From positions 244,470-308,469 of the forward strand of contig OY730298.1 in assembly GCA_963422595.1 (NCBI GenBank): 64,000 nucleotides of DNA. The letters are read 5' to 3'. Positions 20,278 through 29,469 of the stretch are shown one piece after another. Made by a program: the position numbers and the translations under genes. This DNA comes from Gammaproteobacteria bacterium. Its GTDB lineage: Bacteria > Pseudomonadota > Gammaproteobacteria > UBA4575. Positions within the stretch are counted from its first letter, which is position 1. The number at the start of each line of letters is the position of its first letter. Under the pieces are notes generated by a model. It was not told the origin of the DNA and ran no database searches. It worked only from the letters and a program-made list of their open reading frames with translations.

Positions 20278-20511
20278 ATCTCCTCTGTCTCCTGAATATT
20301 AAGGGGCTTAGTCTACCTGTGGATACGGCCAGGGTTTTCAGATGAAGGATGAAAAACTACCTGCCTGAGGCCTGTTGGTGAAGAAAAGCAATTATTTGGA
20401 GCAGTCTAATGTGGGAAAACCCCGGTGGGGACAAAATATTGGCAATGGACAATTCGTAGAGTCTTTTAAGCGCTTGAAGTCGCCAATGAATTACACTATG
20501 CTGATGATGCT

Positions 20512-20928
20512 ATGACCCCTGAGTTAATCGGAATTTTAGGCGTTGGCGCTGCCCTTGCCGGGCTGATTTTTACTGGTCAGCGAAACCTGGGACAACGCAT
20601 CAGTGAAACTAACCAGCGCATCAGTGAAACTAACCAGCGCATTGATCGGCTGGACGCTCGCATTGATGAAACCAATCAGCGCATGGATGATATTAACCAG
20701 CGCATTGATGATATTAACCAGCGCATTGGTCGGCTGGACGTTCGCATGGATGATACTAACCAGCGCATTGATGATATTAACCAGCGCATTGATGATACCC
20801 ACCAGCGCATTGACCAGCTGGAAGTTCGCATGGATGGACGGCTGCGGGACGTAGAGCATGGCATGGCCAGGCTGGAAGGTTTACTTGAAGGCCTGCGCGA
20901 AGCAATTGCCGGCAGACGTGCTGCATGA
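20512..20928 (+). CDS. membrane-anchored coiled-coil protein built from tandem heptad repeats
   Basis: An N-terminal TM helix (LIGILGVGAALAGLIFTG) is followed by twelve 7-aa repeats (QRISETN / QRIDDIN variants), each encoded by one 21-bp unit, and then a C-terminal helix (GRLRDVEHGMARLEGLLEGL). Confidence 0.6.
   Translation: MTPELIGILGVGAALAGLIFTGQRNLGQRISETNQRISETNQRIDRLDARIDETNQRMDDINQRIDDINQRIGRLDVRMDDTNQRIDDINQRIDDTHQRIDQLEVRMDGRLRDVEHGMARLEGLLEGLREAIAGRRAA
20593..20844 (+). repeat. 12 tandem copies of a 21-bp unit (consensus CAGCGCATTGATGATATTAAC), in frame within the CDS
   Basis: Direct reading shows units at 20593, 20614, 20635 and so on up to 20824. Several units are identical or near-identical (20677, 20698 and 20761). 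Confidence 0.9.
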
Positions 20929-21228
20929 ACACAGTTGGTATCGTCCGAACCGGTCCGCCGTCTGCCAGTCAGCGAGGCATGGCCAGGCGCCAACATTAAT
21001 ACTGTATTAGCAGTTAAAGCTCCGAAACCATTACATAATTAGTAGTCAAAACAATGACTTAAAAAGTTTCCCGGCAGGGCCGTTGTTTCTCTGCAACAAA
21101 AGTTTCATAACCGTAAGCAATAATCTTGCGGAATACCATACAAATAGACAAGGGAACTTGTTAAGTTTTTCTTAGACTTAAATTTAAGTGTGTAATTTTC
21201 GAATAAAATCAGGGGGATAATTAGGTGT

Positions 21229-21498
21229 GTGTTTTTGCTATTGTTTTGGATCATGCCAATCAGGATGTTAAAAAGCGTATTAAAGACAAATATCCAAATT
21301 ACTATTCCATGTCAGACACTTTTTTTTCTTGTCTCTACAGATGTCATCGCAGAAACTATCGCGATTAATGTTGGGATTAAAGGCGATGATCGTATTGAAG
21401 ATGCAAACGGCGTTGTTTTCAGGCTGAAAGCTTCATATTCAGGCTACGCTGCGCGTTCTCTTTGGGACTGGCTTGCGCAGGCCGAAAAACGGGGATGA
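21229..21498 (+). CDS. hypothetical protein, probably frameshifted at a T8 tract (the reading frame should join upstream frame 21228-21327)
   Basis: A frame beginning GTG 21228 (VFAIVLDHANQDVKKRIKDKYPNYYSMSDTFF) terminates shortly after the T8 run at 21320-21327. The downstream two-thirds of this ORF (LVSTDVIAETIAINVGIKGDD...YSGYAARSLWDWL) read as a globular protein. The ORF-track N-terminus (MFLLLFWIMPIRML) is poorly protein-like. Confidence 0.35.
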   Translation: MFLLLFWIMPIRMLKSVLKTNIQITIPCQTLFFLVSTDVIAETIAINVGIKGDDRIEDANGVVFRLKASYSGYAARSLWDWLAQAEKRG

Positions 21499-21785
21499 GC
21501 GTGTCGCAGCTTAAATCTATGGAAAAATTTCAACCTGAACCGAACACCTCGGCAACGTCAGAGGACGGAGGCGATGGAACTAATGGAGACGATGGAACTA
21601 ATATTGAAGGGCGGCTGGCAAGATTGGAAACCCACATACAATATCTTGCTACAAAAGAAGATATTCAAAGAATTGAGACCTTAATAGAAAAAAAGGAGTC
21701 ATCAATATTAAAGTGGCTGGGAACCCTCATAACTGCTGCTTTAATCAGCATAGTGGTTGCCTTGTTCAGGACATTTTGGTCTTGA
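21495..21785 (+). CDS. small protein with a coiled coil and a C-terminal TM helix (XhlA-like topology)
   Basis: 96 aa starting at MSVSQLK. It has an acidic Gly/Asp-rich region containing the duplicated GDGTNGDDGTN, a coiled coil (IEGRLARLETHIQYLATKEDIQRIETLIEK), and a C-terminal TM helix (WLGTLITAALISIVVALF). It overlaps the upstream ORF's stop. There is no homology evidence. Confidence 0.45.
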   Translation: MSVSQLKSMEKFQPEPNTSATSEDGGDGTNGDDGTNIEGRLARLETHIQYLATKEDIQRIETLIEKKESSILKWLGTLITAALISIVVALFRTFWS

Positions 21786-22444
21786 TTATTGCCCTTTACC
21801 GGATTGTGTATTGTCCCTCGCGTTTCCCGTTCTCATAGAATCGCCCGGTGCCAATAAGCACATCAGCAGGAAGTTTGTCAGGCGTTTCGCGGAACGTAAG
21901 TATATAACTCTCATTTTCAAGGTAGTTGGAGTTGTCATTTTTTTTTGGCTTTAATGTGAAACGCGCGCATGGAATATTTAATAGCTGGTTTCATTGTATA
22001 GCGAATTACCTTTACCAAGAGAAGGCTTGATGACTGGATTACGACAGTGGAATATTTTTGCCGTAACGAACGTAGCGCGCGACTGTCATACTGCCTGCTG
22101 CCGGGTGGTGGATTGCTGTTAATGGAACACTTTCACGACAATAGGGGATAGTTGGAAACAGGATTGCATATTGTGGTTAAATTACAACAAAAATAGCTTG
22201 ACTTGCCGCCGTGCACAAGGCATCCTGTCGTGCAAATGCAACGCCTGTTGTATTTGTCCTGATATGTGAAGTTAATAAAGGATTGCTGACGTTCACCTTC
22301 AGGTTGAGAATGAATCATGCCAAAGGAGGTAATGCACCCTAAGTGAATTAAGGGCCGCAATAAGCGCATAGTGAGTTCTTTAACAACCAGGAAAATTACT
22401 CGAGTATTTTTCTTTGATTAAAAAACTGAAGAGGAGAATCTTCA

Positions 22445-23761
22445 ATGAAAATTAAACTATTAGGAGCCGCGCTTGCACTCGGCATGGTGACGTTGCCACT
22501 GGCATCGTTCGCTGGTGTCGGTGGTGGCAACGCGAACTCAAACTGGACCATCTACGGTTGGCAGAACTGGGCAGCGGACCACAGGTCAACTGACGTGGCT
22601 GGCCGTGAACGCGACCAGATTAAAATGGAAAACGAGGCCGCCAACATCGGCTTCGCAGCTTCCATTGACACTGGTATGTCCATGGCTGGTACGGCCATCA
22701 AGGCTAACTTCCAGTGTGAACAGTTCACCACCTTTAACCGCTTAAGTGCGTTTGGTCATAACGGCTGGTGTAACCGTAACAGCAAATTAGGCCTTAGCGG
22801 CCCTTGGGGTGAAATCATGGCATCCGGCTGGCTGACGCCTTATAACGAGGTAACCGCCCAGTCTATAGACCCCTTCTATGACGCCGGCAGTCACACCCAT
22901 TCCACCCTGCTTGGCCTGGTCGGCTTCGGCACCAACTACGGTAACTCTGGCTTTGACGGCACAGGTTACGGAAGCGGTGTAGGCGGACAGGGCTTCATGC
23001 GCCGCAAGGCCAACATGTTCCAGTGGTTCTCACCCGCCAGCTGGGGCGGCCTGCACGTGCGTGTCGGCTGGTCAAATGACAACTCCTATCACTTTGGTGG
23101 TGAAGAGCATGTGGTAACCACCAGCACAGGTGAGAGTAAGGAGGTAGACCCGGAAATATTGTCCATCGGCGCTTCCTACACCACCAAGATTGGCAACGAC
23201 GAGTTGTGGGTGGCCATCGGTTATCAGCAACATGACGAATGGGCAGCTGCTGCCATGTCATGTGAAGACTCTGATGACGAAACTATCCGCTATGCCGTCA
23301 AGTTCACCAAGGACTGGGGCAACGGTCATTCTACCCGTCTCTCTGCTGCCTATGAAGACATGGAATACGACTGGGAATACTGTGCTGAAACTGGGAATGG
23401 GCCATTTGCTGGATCAATGGTCGATTTCGAGCGTGATGCCTGGTTAGTCTCTGGCAAGCACGACTTCCCCGGCCCGCTGGACTTCCGCTTTATGTACATG
23501 GAAGCCGACGACTTTGAATGCGGTAGCTCTATGGCCATGGGTGATAATGATTGTAACGGCATCAATGAGACTAATTCCGGTGCTGACGCCTTCTCCGTCG
23601 GTCTGTATTACACCATGCCCGCCGGTACCGAGTTGCGACTGGTCTATGGTGAAGTAGATAACGACGATAACTCCCAGAATGACTTCGGCATCAATGCCGA
23701 TGGCGTTCGTATGGGTGGAAAAAACGAAAGCTGGCAAATCGGTATGGTGCAGTGGTTCTAA
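22445..23761 (+). CDS. outer-membrane porin (general Gram-negative porin-like beta-barrel)
   Basis: Signal peptide (MKIKLLGAALALGMVTLPLASFA), Gly/aromatic-rich amphipathic strands, and a C-terminal aromatic residue (..MVQWF) typical of OM beta-barrels. A strong terminator follows. Confidence 0.7.
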   Translation: MKIKLLGAALALGMVTLPLASFAGVGGGNANSNWTIYGWQNWAADHRSTDVAGRERDQIKMENEAANIGFAASIDTGMSMAGTAIKANFQCEQFTTFNRLSAFGHNGWCNRNSKLGLSGPWGEIMASGWLTPYNEVTAQSIDPFYDAGSHTHSTLLGLVGFGTNYGNSGFDGTGYGSGVGGQGFMRRKANMFQWFSPASWGGLHVRVGWSNDNSYHFGGEEHVVTTSTGESKEVDPEILSIGASYTTKIGNDELWVAIGYQQHDEWAAAAMSCEDSDDETIRYAVKFTKDWGNGHSTRLSAAYEDMEYDWEYCAETGNGPFAGSMVDFERDAWLVSGKHDFPGPLDFRFMYMEADDFECGSSMAMGDNDCNGINETNSGADAFSVGLYYTMPAGTELRLVYGEVDNDDNSQNDFGINADGVRMGGKNESWQIGMVQWF

Positions 23762-23806
23762 AACCTGCGCATCGTATTTAGAAAAAGGATTTTTCAGAAA
23801 GACGTA

Positions 23807-23833
23807 AGGGGCATCAACCGATGCCCCTTTTTT
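23807..23833 (+). terminator. rho-independent terminator downstream of the porin gene
   Basis: AAGGGGCATC-aacc-GATGCCCCTT followed by TTTTTT. Confidence 0.75.
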
Positions 23834-23927
23834 ATGCGCACGCCCTATGCGGTGATGAATCTGTTGCCGGCAGACTGTATATTTGCTTACACTTATATTG
23901 CTGACACTAAAAAATGGTATTCACTAT

Positions 23928-24692
23928 ATGTTGATCAAACGAATTTTTCTGCTTGGCTGCCTGGCATTTTGTATGCCGAACATCGGGTTTTCCGCCTGTA
24001 ATAAAGACGATATCGAATTCTATTTAGAAAAAGGTTTTAGCCAGGAACAGATCACGCAATTATGCGCCGCGTCCGAGGCCGCCGTTCCGGACTATAAACC
24101 TTATCAACAACAGGTCATCATCTATCGTGAAGGAGAAGGGCCTGGTATTAAAGACGGCTTTACGCGTGATGAGAGGGTCGCCATCAAGGATCTACAGCAG
24201 GGTGCAGACGTGGCTGGATTGGTCGTCGATCAGGAGTCGATTCAGTATACGGTAAAAATATGTCTGGCGGTGCAGGAGGGTAAAGAATACAGCCGACGCT
24301 TCAAGACTTGTCCCGAGGTATTTTACAAGGTGCTGCGATCAGGACTGGTGGTTACCGCTTCTGGCAAGAAATACGGCGTGTTAGGCAAAAATGCGATTGT
24401 TATCCAGGGCATCATCAAACGCGAATCCAAGCAAGACTTCGATGATTATCCCGTACAATTTAAAAAGCAGTTAAAACGTCATTTCGACTGGAAAACCAAA
24501 GGAAATACTACCAGGATACCGGTGCGTGGTGACTATTCGGTCACCAGGCTCGTCAATGCGTTAAATGCTTTATCAACAGCGGCGGACGCGAATGTCAACC
24601 TGGCTCAACACGAGACTGGCAGTAATCCCGATAAGATGACGGAAGAGGCCAAAGTGAAAAAAAAGAAGCGCTGGTGGAACCCGTTTGACTAA
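23928..24692 (+). CDS. putative lipoprotein or secreted protein of unknown function
   Basis: Likely start at ATG 23928 (MLIKRIFLLGCLAFCMPNIGFSAC), giving a signal peptide with a Cys at a lipobox-like position. The C-terminal tail is Lys-rich (KVKKKKRWW). No family was recognised. Confidence 0.55.
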   Translation: MLIKRIFLLGCLAFCMPNIGFSACNKDDIEFYLEKGFSQEQITQLCAASEAAVPDYKPYQQQVIIYREGEGPGIKDGFTRDERVAIKDLQQGADVAGLVVDQESIQYTVKICLAVQEGKEYSRRFKTCPEVFYKVLRSGLVVTASGKKYGVLGKNAIVIQGIIKRESKQDFDDYPVQFKKQLKRHFDWKTKGNTTRIPVRGDYSVTRLVNALNALSTAADANVNLAQHETGSNPDKMTEEAKVKKKKRWWNPFD

Positions 24693-24734
24693 AACTTCCC
24701 ATCATTGTCAGGAGTGGTTGCTGCGCTCGCGCTT

Positions 24735-26279
24735 CTAAGTGCCATTACGGGGAATAAGCAGCGACTCTCCGGTCATGGCTTTGGGTTGCCTGATGCCCAT
24801 TAATTGTAAGATAGTAGGTGCTATCGCGCTTAAACCCTGCCCATTGGCCAAATCCCATTTTACTCTGTCAATTACCAGGCACGGAACCGGATAAGTGGTG
24901 TGTCGCGTATGAGGTTCATGCGTATGCGGGTCAACCATTTCATCACAATTACCGTGATCTGAAGTCAACACCACGGATAGGTTTTTTGCGACGGCGGCAT
25001 CCAATACTCGCCCCACGTGCGTATCCAAGGCCTCCATTGCCGCTATCACCGCATCTTTTTTGGCTGTATGGCCTACCATGTCACCATTGGCAAAGTTGGT
25101 AACAATCAGTTTGTATTCGTCATTATTTATCGCTTTGATTACTTCATCCGCAACTTCCTCGGCGCTCATTTCAGGTTGCAGGTCGTAGGTCGCGACTTTC
25201 GGGGACGGCACTATTTTACGGTCTTCGCCTTCATAAGCGTCTTCATGTCCGCCGTTTAAAAAATATGTAACATGGGGATATTTCTCGGTCTCGGCGCAAT
25301 GAAACTGATTTAAATGATGCTGACTGACAATTTCCGCTAAATTCGTTTCTGGTTTTCGTGGGGGAAATATTACTGGACCAAGGTATTCTTTGCTGTATTT
25401 GGTCATCATTGTTAATTTGACGGGTGTATAGTTTGGCCCTCTATCAAAAGCGATAAAGTCTTGCTTAGCGATTGCCTCGCTAAGTTGTCGCGGGCGATCA
25501 TTGCGAAAGTTCAGAAAGATTACTTCCGACTCACCGGTCATGGGTTGAGCGCCTTTTAATACCGTCGGCAAAATGAATTCATCGGTGTCACCACGAGCAT
25601 AGGCTTTAACGATGGAATCCTGCGCATCCATTGCGTTTTCGCCTTTTGATCGCGCTAATGTTTGCCATGCCTTCAAGGTACGTTCCCATCTTCTATCCCG
25701 ATCCATGGCGTAGTAACGTCCCATCATGGTGATGATGGAGCCATTGGCATCGCTTAGCGCCCGTTGTATGAAATCAATATATTTTCCTGCACTCTTGGGC
25801 GGAGTGTCTCGCCCATCGGTAATTGCATGTAGCAGCGGCCTGACTTCACGGTCGCGGCATAGTTCCAGTAACGCAATTACATGATTGATATGCGAATGTA
25901 CGCCACCGTCTGATAATAATCCGATTAAGTGGATGTAACCTTCTTTTTTCCTGGCGTTATCAATTGCCCGCAACAAGGGGGATATTTCGAAAAAACTGCC
26001 ATCGGCAATGGCGTCGTTAACGCGAATCAGGTCTTGTTTGATGATAGCCCCGCATCCGATGGTCATATGACCTACTTCTGAATTTCCCATCTGCCCGGTA
26101 GGCAAGCCCACTGCTTCGCCCGAGGCTTCTAACACTGCGTGTGAGTATGTAGAGAAGAACTCGTCAAGCCGAGGCGTCCTGGCTTGTAGTATCGCGTTAT
26201 TTGCTTTGCTTGGATTCACGCCGAAACCATCAAGAATGATAAGTATGGCTCGGTTGCGAATTTTTATCTTGTTGGCCAC
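24735..26279 (-). CDS. gpmI: 2,3-bisphosphoglycerate-independent phosphoglycerate mutase
   Basis: 514 aa with iPGM motifs (ILDGFG, SEVGHMTIG, the Ser active-site region, TSDHGN). Confidence 0.95.
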   Translation of the reverse strand: MANKIKIRNRAILIILDGFGVNPSKANNAILQARTPRLDEFFSTYSHAVLEASGEAVGLPTGQMGNSEVGHMTIGCGAIIKQDLIRVNDAIADGSFFEISPLLRAIDNARKKEGYIHLIGLLSDGGVHSHINHVIALLELCRDREVRPLLHAITDGRDTPPKSAGKYIDFIQRALSDANGSIITMMGRYYAMDRDRRWERTLKAWQTLARSKGENAMDAQDSIVKAYARGDTDEFILPTVLKGAQPMTGESEVIFLNFRNDRPRQLSEAIAKQDFIAFDRGPNYTPVKLTMMTKYSKEYLGPVIFPPRKPETNLAEIVSQHHLNQFHCAETEKYPHVTYFLNGGHEDAYEGEDRKIVPSPKVATYDLQPEMSAEEVADEVIKAINNDEYKLIVTNFANGDMVGHTAKKDAVIAAMEALDTHVGRVLDAAVAKNLSVVLTSDHGNCDEMVDPHTHEPHTRHTTYPVPCLVIDRVKWDLANGQGLSAIAPTILQLMGIRQPKAMTGESLLIPRNGT

Positions 26280-26512
26280 AGAGTAAAAATAATTATTTTT
26301 TGGTATTCGCCAGCGACATCGGTCAGGCTGGAAGCGTATTGCCGGATTGCTTTACTATTCTTATTGCGAGGGGCATGATGGTTGCGCTGCGTTGGCAATG
26401 AAAGTCGCCGTAATTGTGGCGGTGATGGTTGTCTGACAACAGTCCCTGGTCATTTCGCTGTTAATTTCTAAGTTTTTATTGATCAGTTGGTTTTCGAGAG
26501 TTATGCAGTTTT

Positions 26513-27412
26513 TTAAGGGGTTTTACCATCCGGGCCATCTATTGAGCTATCCATGTCATCTAAAAGCTCTGACTCATTACGTTCTATTTCCCGTTCTTCC
26601 TCTTGCGTCAATGGATGAAAGCGGGATTCCTGTGCTGACGGTTCATCAGCTTGCGAGTGGTCGTCGCCAACCTTGTTCGTATTATTAACCATAACACGCG
26701 ACAACAACAAACCAAGTTCAAACAATATCCATACCGGTATGGCCAGCAGAATTTGTGAAACTACATCGGGTGGGGTCAATAACATGCCCACTATAAATGC
26801 GGCAACAATGACATAGGCACGCTTGCCGGCAAGTTGCTGTGGCGTTGTCACGCCCAGTTTCACTAACACTAAGGTGGCAATCGGTACTTCAAACGCTGCT
26901 CCAAAGGCAATGAAAATTTTGATTACAAAATCTAAATAGCGGCCGATGTCCGTCATCACGGCTACGCCTTGAGGCGCGACTCTGGTGAAAAATCCGAACA
27001 TCAGTGGAAACACGATAAAGTACGCGAACGCCATACCGATATAAAACAATATCGAACTGGAAACGAGTATCGGAAAAACCAGACGTTTTTCATTCCGGTA
27101 AAGACCCGGCGCGACAAATGCCCAAGCGTGGTAAAGAATAATGGGGATTGCTAAAGCAATACTAATTAACAATACGAGCTTAAACGGGGTTAAAAAAGGT
27201 GAAGCTACATCAATGGCAACCATTGAGCTGCCTTCCGGAAGATGTGCCATCAATGGGCCCGCCAGATAGGAATACAGTTTGTTGGCAAATGGAAAAAGGC
27301 ATATAAAAATCGCGAACACGCTACCTACGGTCCACAGTAGCCGACCACGCAATTCATACAGGTGCGATAGAAAAGTGTCTTGTTTGTCGTGGCTATGTGC
27401 AGGCTTGGTCAT
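26513..27412 (-). CDS. tatC: twin-arginine translocase subunit TatC
   Basis: Six-TM TatC with the (H/Y)L.ELR.RL N-terminal motif (FLSHLYELRGRLL). The probable start is MTKPAH at 27412. An unusual acidic C-terminal extension of about 50 aa is present. Confidence 0.9.
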   Translation of the reverse strand: MTKPAHSHDKQDTFLSHLYELRGRLLWTVGSVFAIFICLFPFANKLYSYLAGPLMAHLPEGSSMVAIDVASPFLTPFKLVLLISIALAIPIILYHAWAFVAPGLYRNEKRLVFPILVSSSILFYIGMAFAYFIVFPLMFGFFTRVAPQGVAVMTDIGRYLDFVIKIFIAFGAAFEVPIATLVLVKLGVTTPQQLAGKRAYVIVAAFIVGMLLTPPDVVSQILLAIPVWILFELGLLLSRVMVNNTNKVGDDHSQADEPSAQESRFHPLTQEEEREIERNESELLDDMDSSIDGPDGKTP

Positions 27413-27541
27413 GGGGGGGAGTGTTAGCAGAACGGTCACGAACGTGCATGGCAATACACTTTTTTCCGGATTGCGTTACCGTGATCATGACGAGTAACGT
27501 GGCGGTACGTAAGTTGTTTGTTGTGCGTGTTCGAAATGTCT

Positions 27542-27913
27542 TCAGTCAGCTTCATGTTTTTGCGGTTTGGAGCTAAAAGTCAGTTCCTGATTGATGGAAT
27601 CGATATCTTCTTCAACGGCCCGAATCAGCTCCTGATCACCTTCCGGGTCATAATTTTTTTCCAGTTCTTTCTGGGTGTCTTGTAAGATTTTCTTTAACTC
27701 TCCGATTTCCCCCTGTTGTTCCTGTAACATCGCTTTTAGTTCCGCAGCTTTGATTTCCGACTCTATATCGGAACGAATGCCCGCGATAATTCGCCTTGCC
27801 TTGCCTATCCAACGACCGGCTTGTCCGGCTAATACCGGCAGGCGCTCGGGGCCTACCACTAAAAGCACAACCACCATAACGATGGTGAGCTCCCAAAATC
27901 CAAAATCAAACAT
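27542..27913 (-). CDS. tatB: twin-arginine translocase subunit TatB
   Basis: MFDFGFWELTIVMVVVLLVVGPERLP: a TatA/B-family N-terminus followed by a long amphipathic or charged tail. Confidence 0.85.
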   Translation of the reverse strand: MFDFGFWELTIVMVVVLLVVGPERLPVLAGQAGRWIGKARRIIAGIRSDIESEIKAAELKAMLQEQQGEIGELKKILQDTQKELEKNYDPEGDQELIRAVEEDIDSINQELTFSSKPQKHEAD

Positions 27914-27926
27914 TGGCTAAAAATAA

Positions 27927-28115
27927 TTAGTCTTTTGGCGGAATTTTATCTGTTTCAGATTCAGAATCTTCCGTATTGCTTTCGTCTTTTACAGACTTTT
28001 TGAAACTTCTGATTGCACCACCTAAATCGCCGCCCATATTGCGTAATTTTTTGGTTCCAAAAATTAACACAATAATGAGTAGCACGATAAGTAACTGTAA
28101 GGGACCGATTGACAT
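27927..28115 (-). CDS. tatA: twin-arginine translocase subunit TatA
   Basis: 62 aa: [40 protein letters not shown]. Confidence 0.9.
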   Translation of the reverse strand: MSIGPLQLLIVLLIIVLIFGTKKLRNMGGDLGGAIRSFKKSVKDESNTEDSESETDKIPPKD

Positions 28116-28157
28116 ATCTATACTCCGATAAAAAATCCAAAAATATGCATTCCGCTG

Positions 28158-28493
28158 CTATCCGTTTATAGTTCTGCGTTGCGCCTTTTCTACGTGGCCC
28201 GAGGTGCCCAATCTTTCATTAAGTTCTGCCAACACCGCTTCATGGCTGGTGTTTTTATGCGCGAGTAATACCATGCAATGAAACCAAAGATCTGCTATTT
28301 CGTGAATTAAATGTTGCGTATCGTCTGTTCTTGCCGCGGCAATGGTTTCTTTTGCTTCTTCATCGATTTTATCAAGAATTTTATCAAGCCCGGCTACATA
28401 TAAGCTTGCCACGTAGGATGTGTCAGGCTTGGCACCTTTGCGCCGTTCCAATATCGCGGTGAGTTGCCGTAAAGTTTCATTGGTATTCGTCAT
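28158..28493 (-). CDS. hisE: phosphoribosyl-ATP pyrophosphatase HisE (stand-alone)
   Basis: 111 aa aligning with the HisE domain of E. coli HisIE (SYVA.L...G.DKI..K..EEA.E...AA...D....I.E.ADL.FH..VLL). Confidence 0.85.
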   Translation of the reverse strand: MTNTNETLRQLTAILERRKGAKPDTSYVASLYVAGLDKILDKIDEEAKETIAAARTDDTQHLIHEIADLWFHCMVLLAHKNTSHEAVLAELNERLGTSGHVEKAQRRTING

Positions 28494-28533
28494 AGTAAGT
28501 GAGTTGCCCTTTCAGGACACTTATGCCAGAGTA

Positions 28534-29355
28534 TCACATGCTTGCTAAAGAGGAACCATAAGCGGGTTCCTGAAAATCAGGCTGGTACCTTACCGCAATA
28601 CCTTGTGCTGCCAGGTGTTTTTTTGCTTCTTGTATTGAGTATTCTCCGAAATGAAAAATGCTGGCGGCTAATACCGCGTCGGCTTTGCCTGTTGTTACCC
28701 CTGCGGCTAAGTGCTCCAGATTGCCGACGCCACCAGAGGCGATAACCGGAATACTAACGGCCTCGCTTACCGCTCGGGTTAGATCAACGTCAAAACCCAT
28801 CCTGGTGCCATCACGATCCATGCTTGTCAACAGGATTTCTCCGGCCCCGTAATTTGCCATTTTTATGGCCCATTCCACCGCGTCTATGCCGGTTGCCTTA
28901 CGCCCTCCGTGGGTGAATATCTGCCATTTTAGTGGATCACCTTGTCTGCTTGCCTGCCTGGCGTCAATGGCTACCACGATGCACTGTGAGCCCACTTTTT
29001 CGCTGGCTTGGCGAACAAACTCCGGATTAAATACAGCTGCGGTATTAATACCAACCTTGTCCGCGCCGGCATTTAACATGGTACGTATGTCTTCAATCCT
29101 GCGGATTCCTCCACCCACGGTAAGGGGCATAAAAACCTGCATGGCAACTTTTTCAACCACGTGCGCCATAGTGTCACGATTATCCGAACTGGCAGTAATG
29201 TCCAAAAATGTGATTTCATCGGCGCCTTCATAATCATAACGCTTAGCGACTTCTACCGGATCCCCCGCATCTCTTATATTAACAAACTTAACGCCTTTCA
29301 CCACCCGACCGGCATCAACGTCTAAGCATGGGATAATACGTTTTGCGAGAGGCAT
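28534..29355 (-). CDS. hisF: imidazole glycerol phosphate synthase, cyclase subunit HisF
   Basis: [14 protein letters not shown] start, (beta/alpha)8 fold, [15 protein letters not shown]. Confidence 0.95.
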   Translation of the reverse strand: MPLAKRIIPCLDVDAGRVVKGVKFVNIRDAGDPVEVAKRYDYEGADEITFLDITASSDNRDTMAHVVEKVAMQVFMPLTVGGGIRRIEDIRTMLNAGADKVGINTAAVFNPEFVRQASEKVGSQCIVVAIDARQASRQGDPLKWQIFTHGGRKATGIDAVEWAIKMANYGAGEILLTSMDRDGTRMGFDVDLTRAVSEAVSIPVIASGGVGNLEHLAAGVTTGKADAVLAASIFHFGEYSIQEAKKHLAAQGIAVRYQPDFQEPAYGSSLASM

Positions 29356-29469
29356 TTGGAATCAGGAATTAGGAATTAGTTTTGCCTGTTGTGGTTTTCC
29401 GGATTGTCCCGAGGAGCAGGAAGATGCCGGATTACCACGTGGTGTGGCTGCAAGTGTTTGCGAAAGTAT

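Noticed and set aside
20593-20844. Regularly spaced 21-bp repeats considered as a possible CRISPR array.
   Set aside because: The units are directly adjacent with no spacers, lie in frame within a CDS, and encode heptads. There is no cas gene nearby.
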